A stretch of 64,000 nt of DNA from contig CM000208.1 of assembly GCA_000002445.1 (NCBI GenBank), positions 480,001 through 544,000 on the forward strand, read 5' to 3'. The notes beneath the pieces were generated by a model, which saw only the letters and a list, made by a program, of their open reading frames with translations, was not told where the DNA came from and made no database searches. The position numbers and the translations under genes were made by a program. Shown here in pieces: positions 30,289 through 40,866 of the stretch (the first letter of the stretch is position 1; the number at the start of each line of letters is the position of its first letter). Source of the DNA: Trypanosoma brucei. Taxonomy: Eukaryota.

Positions 30289-32535
30289 ATGTCGAACGGG
30301 TATAAGCGCGAGCGCTGGGATGAAGAAAGCGGTGACCACTACCACCAACATGCCGTCCGCTACAGTGATCTACCGCCCAATGTAAAACTCCAGAGGCGAC
30401 GGCAGGAGCGGCAGGAGAAGAAGGAGAAGGAGCGCACTCTCGCCTACTTCACATCGGTTCATCGTGCTCTTGAGGAGCAGTCAGCGGAGACTTTAGTTGC
30501 CTTCGTCGATGGGTTTTTCGTTGAGCTAATCAAACTTCTGCGTGCCGACACCTCGCTTCACCTACTTCGAAACGGTACCGTCTGCCGTACCATTGAAGCT
30601 GCTCTGGCCAGCTCACAATTGCTACACTGCAAGTCATTATTATACATACTTCTCGGCCACGTGTACGACCTTGCAGCCTCCCCAACGGCAAGTCGCACGC
30701 TAGAAGCAATAATTGCCAGCATTGTGCGAGGTGTTAGTGTATTTCGCAGAACCGACAGCAGCGCATTCTCAGCGGAGATGGAGGAGGGAGGTGCTTCCAG
30801 TAACGGTGTGCCCAGTGCGTCAACCCTCATAACGTGTGTTGTCGAAGAACTCGCGGAGCGAGCAGGAGAGGTGCTGCTACACGACGCTGCCGCGCGTGCC
30901 GTAAGGTCAATCATATTATTTCTTGGTGGTTTTTGGAACTCTACAGGCACTGCATCGTCCCTGCCACACGGTGTAAAATTCTACGCACAACTTGATACTC
31001 TTGGTACCGCCCTTATGTGTGTCGTTGAACCGACGTTTGGTGTTAGCTGCGGCGATGGAGTGGCGAATATTTGGCTTCAGGTGGCGAAAACTCCAACTGC
31101 AAGTTTCGTCGTTCAGAGTCTTCTTCGTGTGTGTGAACGAGAGACGAAACTGGATGCAAGTGTGCGACAACGCTTGGAGGTCATTCACAACGACGGTTCA
31201 CAGTTGTTGAGACAGCTTCTTATGGATCCGCTGGGTTGCCATCTTTTCCAAGCTTACTTAAGAGTCCCTGTACCAGCATCGGTGCTGAAGGATTACGATT
31301 CGTTCTCAAGCTACCAGTGCTCCGGAACTGCACCGACTTCGTCGGGAAGTGGAAAGCGTTTTATTAAAATGTTACGCGACGTTGCCGCCGAAGAACCCCC
31401 AAACCCCGATGAGTTGGCGCACGAAAAGACATGTTGGGACAAAGCCCTTGCGATTGTCGTCGAGGCCCTCGATGATTTGCTGGACCCAGCTGGCAGCTCC
31501 GTCGGTCATGCAGTTTTCGCCCTACAGGATCTTGTGCTCTTCGCCCCCACTGCCGTGCATTTGGAACGCGTGTGGGAGCAGCTCCTGGAGCGCATCGGTT
31601 TACGGACGCTCTTAGCGTCGCCGAAGTTAGTGCAGGTCCTGATCGTGTTCACTCGTAAGTGTGCCTTTTCGAACCCCTTGCCGACTGTGGTGGAGAGTGA
31701 AGATCGTTCAGCGGAAGCGGCGCCGTTGGAAGGCGGGTTTGTCGGAGATATGGTTCCTAAGGATGTGGAGCAGTCGATATACAATGACCTGTCGCAGGGT
31801 GTGAGGTACTTTCCTACCTCTACGGAATTTCAAAAAAAAGTCTTAACCGCATTGCTTCGGGTGGCACGTGAACTCTGCCCCAAAGGGGCTGCGCAATTCC
31901 TGTTGGTGGATGGTGGATTGCAGGACAAAGGTTTTGAATTGGCACGGTACATAATGCATTTTGTGCCGGCGGCTTCAGCTGTGTTCCTTCACGCAATCGA
32001 GCGTTTGCGTCGCTCAGATGTTGAGACATTGTTATACCACCCGAAGGGTAGTTTGGTATTTCAGCAGTTCCTTCGTGCTGGAGCCGCGCACCATCCACAA
32101 GGAAAGAAAGGAGGTGAGCAACAGCAAGAACAACAACGGGTGGAGACGATGATCCCATTGAGTTTCATGCGACGTATCTCCCCACTTCTGCCACGGTTGG
32201 TGGTTAATACGTACGCCGCGTACGTGATAGAGGTGCTATACGATGTTGGGAGCTTTGAGGTGAAAGAAGAGCTCGTCAAGGCACTTTTGCCAATATACAA
32301 TGAGATGAAACGTAGCCATGAGGAGAAACAACGAGAGGTTAGAGAAGCAGCGAGCCGAAATGATCCATCCGCTAACCCAAACAACTTTCACATGTCAGAA
32401 TTTATCACACGGAAAGTAATGACAAAGTGTCTTGTAGAGATGTACTCCCATAGGCCTGATGATTGGGCGAAGCTCGCGAGACGGCAGTGCCAGGTTCAGC
32501 GGCTTTTGCAACGTATGTCTTCTGTAGCATTTTGA
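30289..32535 (+). CDS. Puf/Nop9-like helical-repeat RNA-binding protein (putative)
   Basis: 748 aa. Recurrent Puf-like repeat cores: ASFVVQSLLRV, LGCHLFQAYLRV, GSLVFQQFLRA, AAYVIEVLYDV, VGHAVFALQDLV. Lys/Glu-rich ends. The assignment is from motif pattern only. Confidence 0.45.
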   Translation: MSNGYKRERWDEESGDHYHQHAVRYSDLPPNVKLQRRRQERQEKKEKERTLAYFTSVHRALEEQSAETLVAFVDGFFVELIKLLRADTSLHLLRNGTVCRTIEAALASSQLLHCKSLLYILLGHVYDLAASPTASRTLEAIIASIVRGVSVFRRTDSSAFSAEMEEGGASSNGVPSASTLITCVVEELAERAGEVLLHDAAARAVRSIILFLGGFWNSTGTASSLPHGVKFYAQLDTLGTALMCVVEPTFGVSCGDGVANIWLQVAKTPTASFVVQSLLRVCERETKLDASVRQRLEVIHNDGSQLLRQLLMDPLGCHLFQAYLRVPVPASVLKDYDSFSSYQCSGTAPTSSGSGKRFIKMLRDVAAEEPPNPDELAHEKTCWDKALAIVVEALDDLLDPAGSSVGHAVFALQDLVLFAPTAVHLERVWEQLLERIGLRTLLASPKLVQVLIVFTRKCAFSNPLPTVVESEDRSAEAAPLEGGFVGDMVPKDVEQSIYNDLSQGVRYFPTSTEFQKKVLTALLRVARELCPKGAAQFLLVDGGLQDKGFELARYIMHFVPAASAVFLHAIERLRRSDVETLLYHPKGSLVFQQFLRAGAAHHPQGKKGGEQQQEQQRVETMIPLSFMRRISPLLPRLVVNTYAAYVIEVLYDVGSFEVKEELVKALLPIYNEMKRSHEEKQREVREAASRNDPSANPNNFHMSEFITRKVMTKCLVEMYSHRPDDWAKLARRQCQVQRLLQRMSSVAF

Positions 32536-32910
32536 GAGAGGAGTGCGAGTGCGCGTGTTCGTCCGTGTGAGACAATCTAATGAGTTACTAACTTACCTCT
32601 TCGTCATTCACTAGTAAGGATTTGGTTTGGTATTCTAACTTTTTGTGATTCGTATAATCGCTAACGTTTTTGTTTACCTTTTTTTTCTAAAAGACTTTCG
32701 ATGGCTTGGTGCCGCGTCGCACAAACTGGGAATATGTTAAGACGAGAAAGTTTTCATCTGTGCCCTTCGCTTTCCTTTCTCTTATTATCTTTCACTTGCC
32801 CAAAATGAACACAGGACGGAGTGTAATTAGATTGAGTCCGGCGAGTAGTGGTCAAATACGGTTGTTGGGCTGTGTGTTGGTTGTTGGTGTCGCAGGTAAG
32901 TAATTTGGAG

Positions 32911-35900
32911 ATGGCCCAACCGGTGGATCTATGTGAACTGTACAGTTCTTACTGCAAGGAGGAAGGTTGTAAACCAAATACTGCGGTTTTGCAATACATT
33001 ATCGACTGTGGGCGCAGGTATCCACTAGAAAAGTTGATACTGGGTAACAATTACTTGGGACCACGAGGCTTACGACCGATTGTTCGCCTGGTGGACTATT
33101 GTCCAACAATGATGCATCTCAACATCGATGAGAACGGGGCTGATAACGACACCGTATCACTCCTCTGTGATGTGCTAATGACACACAAAGGCATGCAGAC
33201 AATCAGCCTACGCGGTAATCCAATCACGGCCACCGGTGGGAAGAAGTTGCTCGCACTTGCGGAGAAGAACCCTAAAATCACTCATATTGATCTTGATAAC
33301 ACGGACGTTTTTCAGGCACTCTTGTTGAAGATCTACGCCGCAACGAAAGCGAACCGTGATCGGATTGGGAGGGGGGCGGTACACCTTATTCCAACCAGTA
33401 TGGACGAGAAGGAATTAATGGCTATTGTGAGCAGCGCAAATACGAAGATGACACACACGTTTACAGAGAAGCCGGTGATTAGACAACTCCCCAGCGTCAA
33501 AAAGGGTGAGCCAACTCCTGTGGAGAGTTCCGTGTCACCCCGTGTAGTGTCACCGGTGGAGCGCTCAACAACTTTCCCAAAACCTGGTAGGGCCTGGGGT
33601 GGTGGTCAACCTTCCTGTGAAACCAAGTCTCCCCTTGCACGCAGGAAGGGGAGGGCTCGGCCACCTATTCCTCCCATTACGTCTCGTTTGCCGGAGTCTC
33701 AACGACTAGAGTTGCAGAAGGAATACCGTCAAAGGGCAATGATCCTACGCGAAGTGAATACGAGCCAAGCGAGCAAAGTAGCCAATCGCGTTCGTGAAGA
33801 GTTGATGCTATTAGAGCGTAACTTTAGGAGTGAGCCCTCCACCCAACTCGGTTGGAACGTGGAAGCTGCGGGAACGGAGGCCGGAGAAGGTAAGGGGGAC
33901 CACAGTTTCGACCAAGATTTGGAGGCTATTGAAGGATATGTGGACACCAACCAGGAGGAGACGGAGCATGGTGCTCAGCCGCAAATGCAGCATGTAGAGG
34001 AAGGCTCCGCGGATAATAGTCGACCTGAGGGGCTTATAAATCGCTCATCAAATGGTGCTTTCGGCCCTCCACCGAACTTCCGTGAGCCACAGCAGCAAGT
34101 GTTGTTGCGAAGGGATGAAACATCTCCCGAAGTACCATTCGGCAATGCCGGAGGGGTGACTTCGCTGAAGTCCATAAATTTGAGCGCAATTTCCCCATCT
34201 TCTAATAGCCCTGATTTCACTGGGAAAATTGTGTTGCAAAGTGGTACTCCGAACACGAATACGGAGAAGGAGAGCGAAGACAACGTACACACATTTATGG
34301 AGAGTCCTGCTTGGATGACGCTCGGAAGCGGCGAAAAATTGCAGTACCTCTTTAACAGTGGCTGTCGTGCGTACGTAAGCCAGAAGTTTGACACTTCGTA
34401 CATGGCATGGAAGGAGGCAATGTCCATTGCCACTTCAGTGAAGGACAGACAGTGGATGGCAGTGCTTTCTAACAATTTGCAGCGACTGAGCTATGAGATG
34501 CTAGTACGTGAAGGTACCGAGTTCCTAGATGAATTTAAGCTAGAAGATGCGGACGTAGCCTTTCAGCGTGCTCTTGAAGTTGCCCGTAGGGCAAATAACG
34601 CAAAATGGGAGTCAGATATGCATAAAGCACGTCGGGATGTACAGGTGGCTATTTTCCACAAAACTGATGAGGCTGCGTTGCGTATGTTCGAAAAAGCACA
34701 AACCACGGAGCCGCGAAAAGTGACGAGTGACGATTATTTTGTCGTTGCGGGCTCCGATGTACTTATACAGCACACCGAGGCGTACGTGAACGAGTGGGCT
34801 TGCATGTTGCTGGTAAAGGAGGCTGTCGAGTTGTGGGCGGCGGCCATCCGCGTCACTGAGCGAATTGGGGGAACTGCTTCTCATACACTTCAAGTTTCTG
34901 TGAAGGAGTCGCTGACTACAGTTTCGTACTTTCTCGCGCAGAGGTGTTTCGATGTGGAGGACACACAGTCGTTGAGTTGGATGTCCACTTCCCGCTACAA
35001 CTACCATGAGTGTATTATGCTCATCAAACTGTGGACGGACATGACGTCCAGCGCCGATTTTCGCGAAAATCATAAACTCTTCGCAGCCATTGCCGCGGCT
35101 CAGATAGGGAATTTGTACCTAGCTACGAACCAACTGAAAGAGGCGGAGGCGCAGTTCTCAGCGCTTACATCTCTCGGTGAAGAACTTCGTGATTCAATCC
35201 TAATCGCTGCCGGGCACACTTTCCGGGCACTTCTCAACTGGCAGTGTGCGCGGTATCCAGCAGCGGAGGAGCACTTTCGTACGGCCGTAGCGCGTTGGGG
35301 TGCACTACGCGATGTGGTGAGACGGGAACGACTGGAGCAGAACAGCTTCGTTGGAAATACCACTGGTGTCAACTCAACATCAAATTCCAGCAGTAACGTA
35401 GTCGATAGTCTGACCAAGGTGACCACCGGCCGTTATCACGTGGATGGAGTTTCAGATGCTGTGTTTTCCCGCTGTAATGAGTTGTCAAGGCTACTGTTGC
35501 TGCTGCCACGTGGATACGTGTCGATGATGGAGTGTGTCAGCTACAACTACCTTGTTTCGAGTCTCGCATGCAAATACCGATACAGCGAAGCACTGGAGGT
35601 GTTGGAGTGTGGCTTGGTTTGTAAGTATCGTGACATGCTCTTTGACAAGCTCGAGATGAACTTTAGCACTCGGCCTACTTTTGCACAAATCACGGCCACA
35701 CCTTCACTGGTTCACTCACCCCTGGTTTATTATTTGACGACAAGGCGTTATGAATGGAGCTCTACAAAGTGCTCCTACGACGTGGAGGAGAGTTTGCTAA
35801 CGTGGATTGTTCCACAGGTGGGTGACATGCGTTTTATTGAGATCCCTTTGATGAAGGAAATGAAAGTGTTGTCCGTTGACAGTCTTGTGCAGAGGGTGCG

Positions 35901-37128
35901 TAAGTCACTTTTGCTTGCCCCCCTTGATAGGCTGGGAGCAAACAATGCTAGGAGTGGCGGAACCAGCGGTGACTCCTGTGGGGGCGAAAAGGCGGTGGAT
36001 GCACCTGAGATAATTACGGAGCTTCCTAATAAAACATGGGTGGAACCACTCAAGACGCTTTACAACATTTTCATCGAGCCCATTGCAGCCTATATCCGCT
36101 CGTCGGACCCGCGGCTCCTGGCAAAGAACGGTGTCGTAACGATAATTCCCACGGATGGCCTGTGGCTCGTCCCATTCAATGCCCTCATGTCACGGAACGG
36201 GAATTTCGTTATTGAGGACTTTGCTTTTCAGTTGGGGTTCAGCGCTACACAGTGTCGTCTCGCTGCGCTGAGTGCGAAGCGAGTGCAGCAGCGGTGTTTG
36301 TTTCAGAACTTGGTGCTCGTACAAAAACAGGCGGACGCTACCGAGCAGTTGATGTCGCACTTGCTTTTTCCTCTTGATGCTCACCGCTCAGAGAGTGAAG
36401 GTGCTGTAGTCATGCAGACGCTTGCTCAGAACAAGCGGCACGTCCGACACCAGTGTAATTCCTACGTGACAAGCGAGATAACGAGCAGCGAGGTGCTCCT
36501 GCACGACATCGAGAAACTGAAGGAACACTTGCCGCGCAGTCGCACAGTTCATATCGCCGCCTCCACCACAAGCGGCTTTCGGAATGAGGATGCAGGTGGA
36601 GGTGCCATTTGTATAGCGGGGACAAAGGGCGACTTACAACTGTTGCGTTCCTCTGATATTGCGCGCATGGAATTATTCGCTGAGCACGTGATTCTTAGCA
36701 ACGCTAATATGTCACCCTCTGGCATCGTTGGCACGCACGACGATGTACTTTGTCTCACCCGCGGCTTCCTCGCTAGCGGGGTGCCATGCGTTATTACATC
36801 GCAGTGGTGCACACCCGACATGGTGCCAGCGATGCTCTTCTCACGCTTTTACCAACACCAGTCCGCGCCCAATAAACGCACTCGAAGCTCGTTGCTGTCC
36901 CGTGATTCCATTGGACTGCTCCCTGCATCGGGTACTCAACAGAATGCATTGTCTAGGAAGGAGGAGGGGAGTGATCGGTGTAACGACAACTTAAACTGGC
37001 ACAAGGCACTTTTCCTTGCGCAAGCCATCCGGGGGTTATTGGAGGACGACACATTCCGTTACTCACCGCGTTCGTGGGCGGGGTATTATTGCATTGGGTA
37101 CGGGTTGATGCCGCCGGGGGAGGCCTGA
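32911..37128 (+). CDS. Large LRR - TPR-like - CHAT (caspase-like) domain protein, with the catalytic Cys apparently substituted
   Basis: The ORF track gives 32848..37128. ATG 32911 (MAQPVDLCELYSSYCKEEGCKPN...) is the likely start because it aligns with the N-terminus of the 8132 gene product. N-terminal RNI-type LRRs. A long Ser/Pro/Glu-rich linker. Helical TPR-like repeats around aa 520-800. The C-terminal CHAT-like block reads TVHIAASTTSGF...AEHVILSNANMS...GFLASGVPCVITSQWCTPD. The expected LSAC Cys reads LSNAN. Confidence 0.6.
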   Translation: MAQPVDLCELYSSYCKEEGCKPNTAVLQYIIDCGRRYPLEKLILGNNYLGPRGLRPIVRLVDYCPTMMHLNIDENGADNDTVSLLCDVLMTHKGMQTISLRGNPITATGGKKLLALAEKNPKITHIDLDNTDVFQALLLKIYAATKANRDRIGRGAVHLIPTSMDEKELMAIVSSANTKMTHTFTEKPVIRQLPSVKKGEPTPVESSVSPRVVSPVERSTTFPKPGRAWGGGQPSCETKSPLARRKGRARPPIPPITSRLPESQRLELQKEYRQRAMILREVNTSQASKVANRVREELMLLERNFRSEPSTQLGWNVEAAGTEAGEGKGDHSFDQDLEAIEGYVDTNQEETEHGAQPQMQHVEEGSADNSRPEGLINRSSNGAFGPPPNFREPQQQVLLRRDETSPEVPFGNAGGVTSLKSINLSAISPSSNSPDFTGKIVLQSGTPNTNTEKESEDNVHTFMESPAWMTLGSGEKLQYLFNSGCRAYVSQKFDTSYMAWKEAMSIATSVKDRQWMAVLSNNLQRLSYEMLVREGTEFLDEFKLEDADVAFQRALEVARRANNAKWESDMHKARRDVQVAIFHKTDEAALRMFEKAQTTEPRKVTSDDYFVVAGSDVLIQHTEAYVNEWACMLLVKEAVELWAAAIRVTERIGGTASHTLQVSVKESLTTVSYFLAQRCFDVEDTQSLSWMSTSRYNYHECIMLIKLWTDMTSSADFRENHKLFAAIAAAQIGNLYLATNQLKEAEAQFSALTSLGEELRDSILIAAGHTFRALLNWQCARYPAAEEHFRTAVARWGALRDVVRRERLEQNSFVGNTTGVNSTSNSSSNVVDSLTKVTTGRYHVDGVSDAVFSRCNELSRLLLLLPRGYVSMMECVSYNYLVSSLACKYRYSEALEVLECGLVCKYRDMLFDKLEMNFSTRPTFAQITATPSLVHSPLVYYLTTRRYEWSSTKCSYDVEESLLTWIVPQVGDMRFIEIPLMKEMKVLSVDSLVQRVRKSLLLAPLDRLGANNARSGGTSGDSCGGEKAVDAPEIITELPNKTWVEPLKTLYNIFIEPIAAYIRSSDPRLLAKNGVVTIIPTDGLWLVPFNALMSRNGNFVIEDFAFQLGFSATQCRLAALSAKRVQQRCLFQNLVLVQKQADATEQLMSHLLFPLDAHRSESEGAVVMQTLAQNKRHVRHQCNSYVTSEITSSEVLLHDIEKLKEHLPRSRTVHIAASTTSGFRNEDAGGGAICIAGTKGDLQLLRSSDIARMELFAEHVILSNANMSPSGIVGTHDDVLCLTRGFLASGVPCVITSQWCTPDMVPAMLFSRFYQHQSAPNKRTRSSLLSRDSIGLLPASGTQQNALSRKEEGSDRCNDNLNWHKALFLAQAIRGLLEDDTFRYSPRSWAGYYCIGYGLMPPGEA

Positions 37129-38356
37129 GTTGTGTCAGGTCTTATTTCTTTTTTTCTTTCTTCAGTTTTTTCTTTTCTTCGGCGTTTATTGATCCGACTT
37201 TCCGCTTTGGTGTGGGTCACTTCCACTCTTCCTTATATGTATATGTATGCGTATGTTTACATCGCGTGCTTTGCTTGTTTGATTGTGCACATGCGCTAAA
37301 CTTTTTGTTGTTGTGGTATTTTCTTGACAGTCAGGTGTTTGCATGGCAATATATGACGGGGGAGGGATTGAACGCACGCTTGTAGTGGATTTGGCATCAA
37401 CTGAAGGTAAGTTGAGATCATGTGGAAATGAGGGAAAAGATAAGAGGCACGGGCGTAGTGTATTTTTATGAAGAGATTGCAAAAGAGTGGGTGATGTAGG
37501 GAGGGGGGAGGGAACAGTGCAAGAAAAGGTTGCTATGATTTTCCCCTCATTTTATGGTCATCCCTCCTTGGATATTTATTGTACAGAAATGTGGTGTCTT
37601 TTGTACTGCAACCAGTTGCTGCGTGTTATAGGAGCCTTTACTGATGTAAAATATGATAGAACAAGCGAGGGAAGGAAAGAGTCACACCCACATACACTTG
37701 CGGAAGTACAAGTACGCAAATACACAACAAAATGGAGGGAGACGGTAAAGAAGAATGTACTTTAAATGCAGAGTAGGCTCACAAGAAAAAAGTTTATAAG
37801 TTGTAGCTTTTTGTCCCCTATCCTCTTTTCCCCTTTCGCTATTTTTTTTTTCGGTGTCAGCTTTCCATCTGCACCGCACCTCTGCACATTATTTTCTTGG
37901 TCACATCTCTTTATTTTCTCATCTTGCACCGGGGAAACTATTTCTTCCTTGCCTCACTTCCTCGACTTGTTTGTTTCCCTTCTTCTATGTATGAGGGCTG
38001 CGAAGGAAGAGAGATACCGCGTCCGAGCCACCGCCACCGGAGCAAACTGGAAAAAAAAATAGAAGTAGAATTTTTTCTTTTTTAATAACCGGTGGCAGCG
38101 TTGCCGTGTTGTTGAAAATAGAGAGAGCGAAGAGAAGGATAGCGGTCAACGCTTGGCTGCGCAACCGAATACAGTGGTGGACGGGAGGGGAAGGAGAGCA
38201 CAGGAATTAAGAATTCTGGCAGAACCCAAAACTGAGGATTGAAGGTAAAGGGATAATCAAGGAAGAAGAAGCTTCAATAAAGATTGTGCATATAGGCGAC
38301 AGCACTCGTACACACAAGCACCAACACATATATAAATATACATTTACACGGGGTAA

Positions 38357-40477
38357 ATGACCGATAATAAGGTTCTCTACGTTGGTTGCGTTGTTGTCAC
38401 CCTGAAAGAGGTTCGCGTCTGCGGGAAGCAGCTGGAGTGTGAAGCGACCCGCAGTGGTGGCGCCCAGTTCTGCGTGCGTACTGCCGTGGCCGTGGCAGAG
38501 ACTGCAAACCACAGCATACATGAGCGTTTCTGTGAGCGCGTCAACTCCAGCATATACTCCTTTAAAAACAGCACGATGATGGAACAAATGGTGGTACCGG
38601 TGATGCTGTTGCGTTCCCCATCAACCATCGCCACGATGAACGGGAGCAAACACAATGACAAGGTCAATACCAACGGTAGTGCCGATCGCGTCAGGAATGG
38701 TAACAGCGATGTGACTGATCTGGGAGCGAACGGGGAGGATATGGATGTAGGGCTAGATCTGTTTTTGGATATCAGTTTCTTGCATGGAGAATCTATGGTA
38801 TGGAGTCTGCGACGCCGAGTTGAGGTGGAGTCATTGGACGCAATCGCCTCGCAGAATTGTGGAGTTGCAGTTGCGCGCGTGAGTACCGATGTCCTGCAAA
38901 GCAACGGTGTGTTGCCGACTTCAGAGGCTGTACGGGGCGGTTCCGCCGCGTGTGATGCCAGCGATGGACGTGAGGATGATGAATGGTCAGGGTTAGAGTT
39001 GCACGTCATTGTGCGGTCCATGGACATGTCCGAGCCGATTCGGCTGATGGTTGCCGCAGAGCGGGAGGCGAGCGCGTTTCTGGACTTACCTCAGAGAGAA
39101 CCCCAAACAGTATTCTTGTTACCGCTGCGGCATGCCATGCCATACAACGCGCTTCCGCTTGAGGTACTGTACCAGTTTTATTGCTGTTTCTATGAGTATT
39201 TCTTTAACAAGCCTGTTAAAGTCTTTGGGCACGTGGTGAATATGCTGCGTACCCGGCAACCTGGTGGAATGGGTGACAACAAAACACGCGGTGGTGCTGT
39301 TACAGAAGGACGCTGGAGCGAGTTACGCTCCGCTGACCTACGTCCCTTACTTCTCGGTGAAGATGCATTAGCGCCGGTACTGGCCACACTGTTTCACTGC
39401 CCAGGGTTACGTGAGTTACTGTTGGACCAAAACAGTTTGAGTGATATAACGTGCTACCGTATTAGATCCCTGTTTTACCGCCACCGCCACTTAGAGACGC
39501 TGTCCATCGCAAGGAATAATATACATGAGGGTGGCGGCGAGCAGCTTGTGCGCCTCATACGTCGGAACAAGCGTCTTATTGATGTGAAAGCCTCTGGCAA
39601 CCATTTCACGCACTCTATGTCGTCGCGGATCCAGCGTGTGGCGAGTCTCAACGAGGAGTACATAAGGGGGGACCCTTACAATGTCTTTTCATCTGCGTAT
39701 TCGTATGTTGTGTCTCCCACATCGTTCCCGGCTAGCATTATAAAACAAGCACTAGCTGTTTGGGCGATGCTCTCAGCGGCGCCGGTAAGCACGGTAATTG
39801 TAGACTGCGTCCCTAACAGCACTTTTGGGATAGACTTAATGGGTTCTCCCAACAATATGAAAAGCAACGGTTCCCTCCACGGCTCTGCACTTGACAACGG
39901 TGTTGTGGAAGCTACTGATAAGGCGTTGGAGTCCAGCCAAGCTACTTCAATTCCCCATTGTGCGCTCTCGCCTCTCCTGAATGAAGTGATGCGGACTGTT
40001 GCACTACGAATGTCGTCCATTTTACACGACCCGTGGGCACTCCTTGTGTTCTCTGATATTGAAAGTCATTGGGAACGGTGCACCATAACACTGAGGGAAC
40101 AGAAGGAAAAATGCAGCAAACAGGACGCCCAGGCCGCCGCAGACGGGCGAGAAGATGGGCCTGCAAGCATAAGACATGGTGAGGCAGCGTTGTGCGAGGT
40201 GGAGGACTTGTACGCCATATCATTTCTTCACCTTGTGGTAGTGACAATGCGAGCCGTTGGAAGGGCAATGGACTGGGAAGACGCGTCTTCGGTGCTTCGC
40301 GATATTGGAAGGAAGCAGATGGCTATAGGCATTTTAGAAGAAAACTACCGTGATGCTATCCAGATCTTTGTCCAGTCACTTGCAGTGGTGTGTGGGAAAG
40401 ACGAAGCTGACGTTGAGCACTCCGCAGCATTCCTTCAGTGCCTCGCCTTAGGCGTCAGGACTGCAGTAGCAGCGTAA
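38357..40477 (+). CDS. Hypothetical protein with an RNI-like LRR segment
   Basis: 706 aa. The LRR stretch reads LRELLLDQNSLSDITCYRIRSLFYRHRHLETLSIARNNIHEGGGEQLVRLIRRNKRLIDVKASGNHF. The rest has no recognisable domain. Confidence 0.5.
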   Translation: MTDNKVLYVGCVVVTLKEVRVCGKQLECEATRSGGAQFCVRTAVAVAETANHSIHERFCERVNSSIYSFKNSTMMEQMVVPVMLLRSPSTIATMNGSKHNDKVNTNGSADRVRNGNSDVTDLGANGEDMDVGLDLFLDISFLHGESMVWSLRRRVEVESLDAIASQNCGVAVARVSTDVLQSNGVLPTSEAVRGGSAACDASDGREDDEWSGLELHVIVRSMDMSEPIRLMVAAEREASAFLDLPQREPQTVFLLPLRHAMPYNALPLEVLYQFYCCFYEYFFNKPVKVFGHVVNMLRTRQPGGMGDNKTRGGAVTEGRWSELRSADLRPLLLGEDALAPVLATLFHCPGLRELLLDQNSLSDITCYRIRSLFYRHRHLETLSIARNNIHEGGGEQLVRLIRRNKRLIDVKASGNHFTHSMSSRIQRVASLNEEYIRGDPYNVFSSAYSYVVSPTSFPASIIKQALAVWAMLSAAPVSTVIVDCVPNSTFGIDLMGSPNNMKSNGSLHGSALDNGVVEATDKALESSQATSIPHCALSPLLNEVMRTVALRMSSILHDPWALLVFSDIESHWERCTITLREQKEKCSKQDAQAAADGREDGPASIRHGEAALCEVEDLYAISFLHLVVVTMRAVGRAMDWEDASSVLRDIGRKQMAIGILEENYRDAIQIFVQSLAVVCGKDEADVEHSAAFLQCLALGVRTAVAA

Positions 40478-40866
40478 CCTAGTGTGTTATTGCTCGGTGC
40501 CCTACAGTTGTTTGTAGCAAAACTCGGTACACGTTCCTACTTCACTTGCCTACTATGTACACACGAAAATATTCACCCAAACACTTTGTTGAGAGACAAT
40601 TCTTACATCATCCATTCGGAAAGTACAAATAATCACCAAACCGTAATGGAAAAAATCCGAACCCTTTCCCTATTTGTTTCAATAAAATACCCTTTCTCTC
40701 TTTAGCTTGCGCGAAGTTTGTATTCGTGCATGTCCCATTGGGCCCATTTGACTCTTATGTCTTTGGAGCAATCAAGCAAATAAAAGTCAAGGATTGAAAC
40801 CTTTTTTGTGTGATAGTATCGCTGTGTGTACGTGCCTAAGTATCTGAGGTCGGTAGGTAGTGAGAG

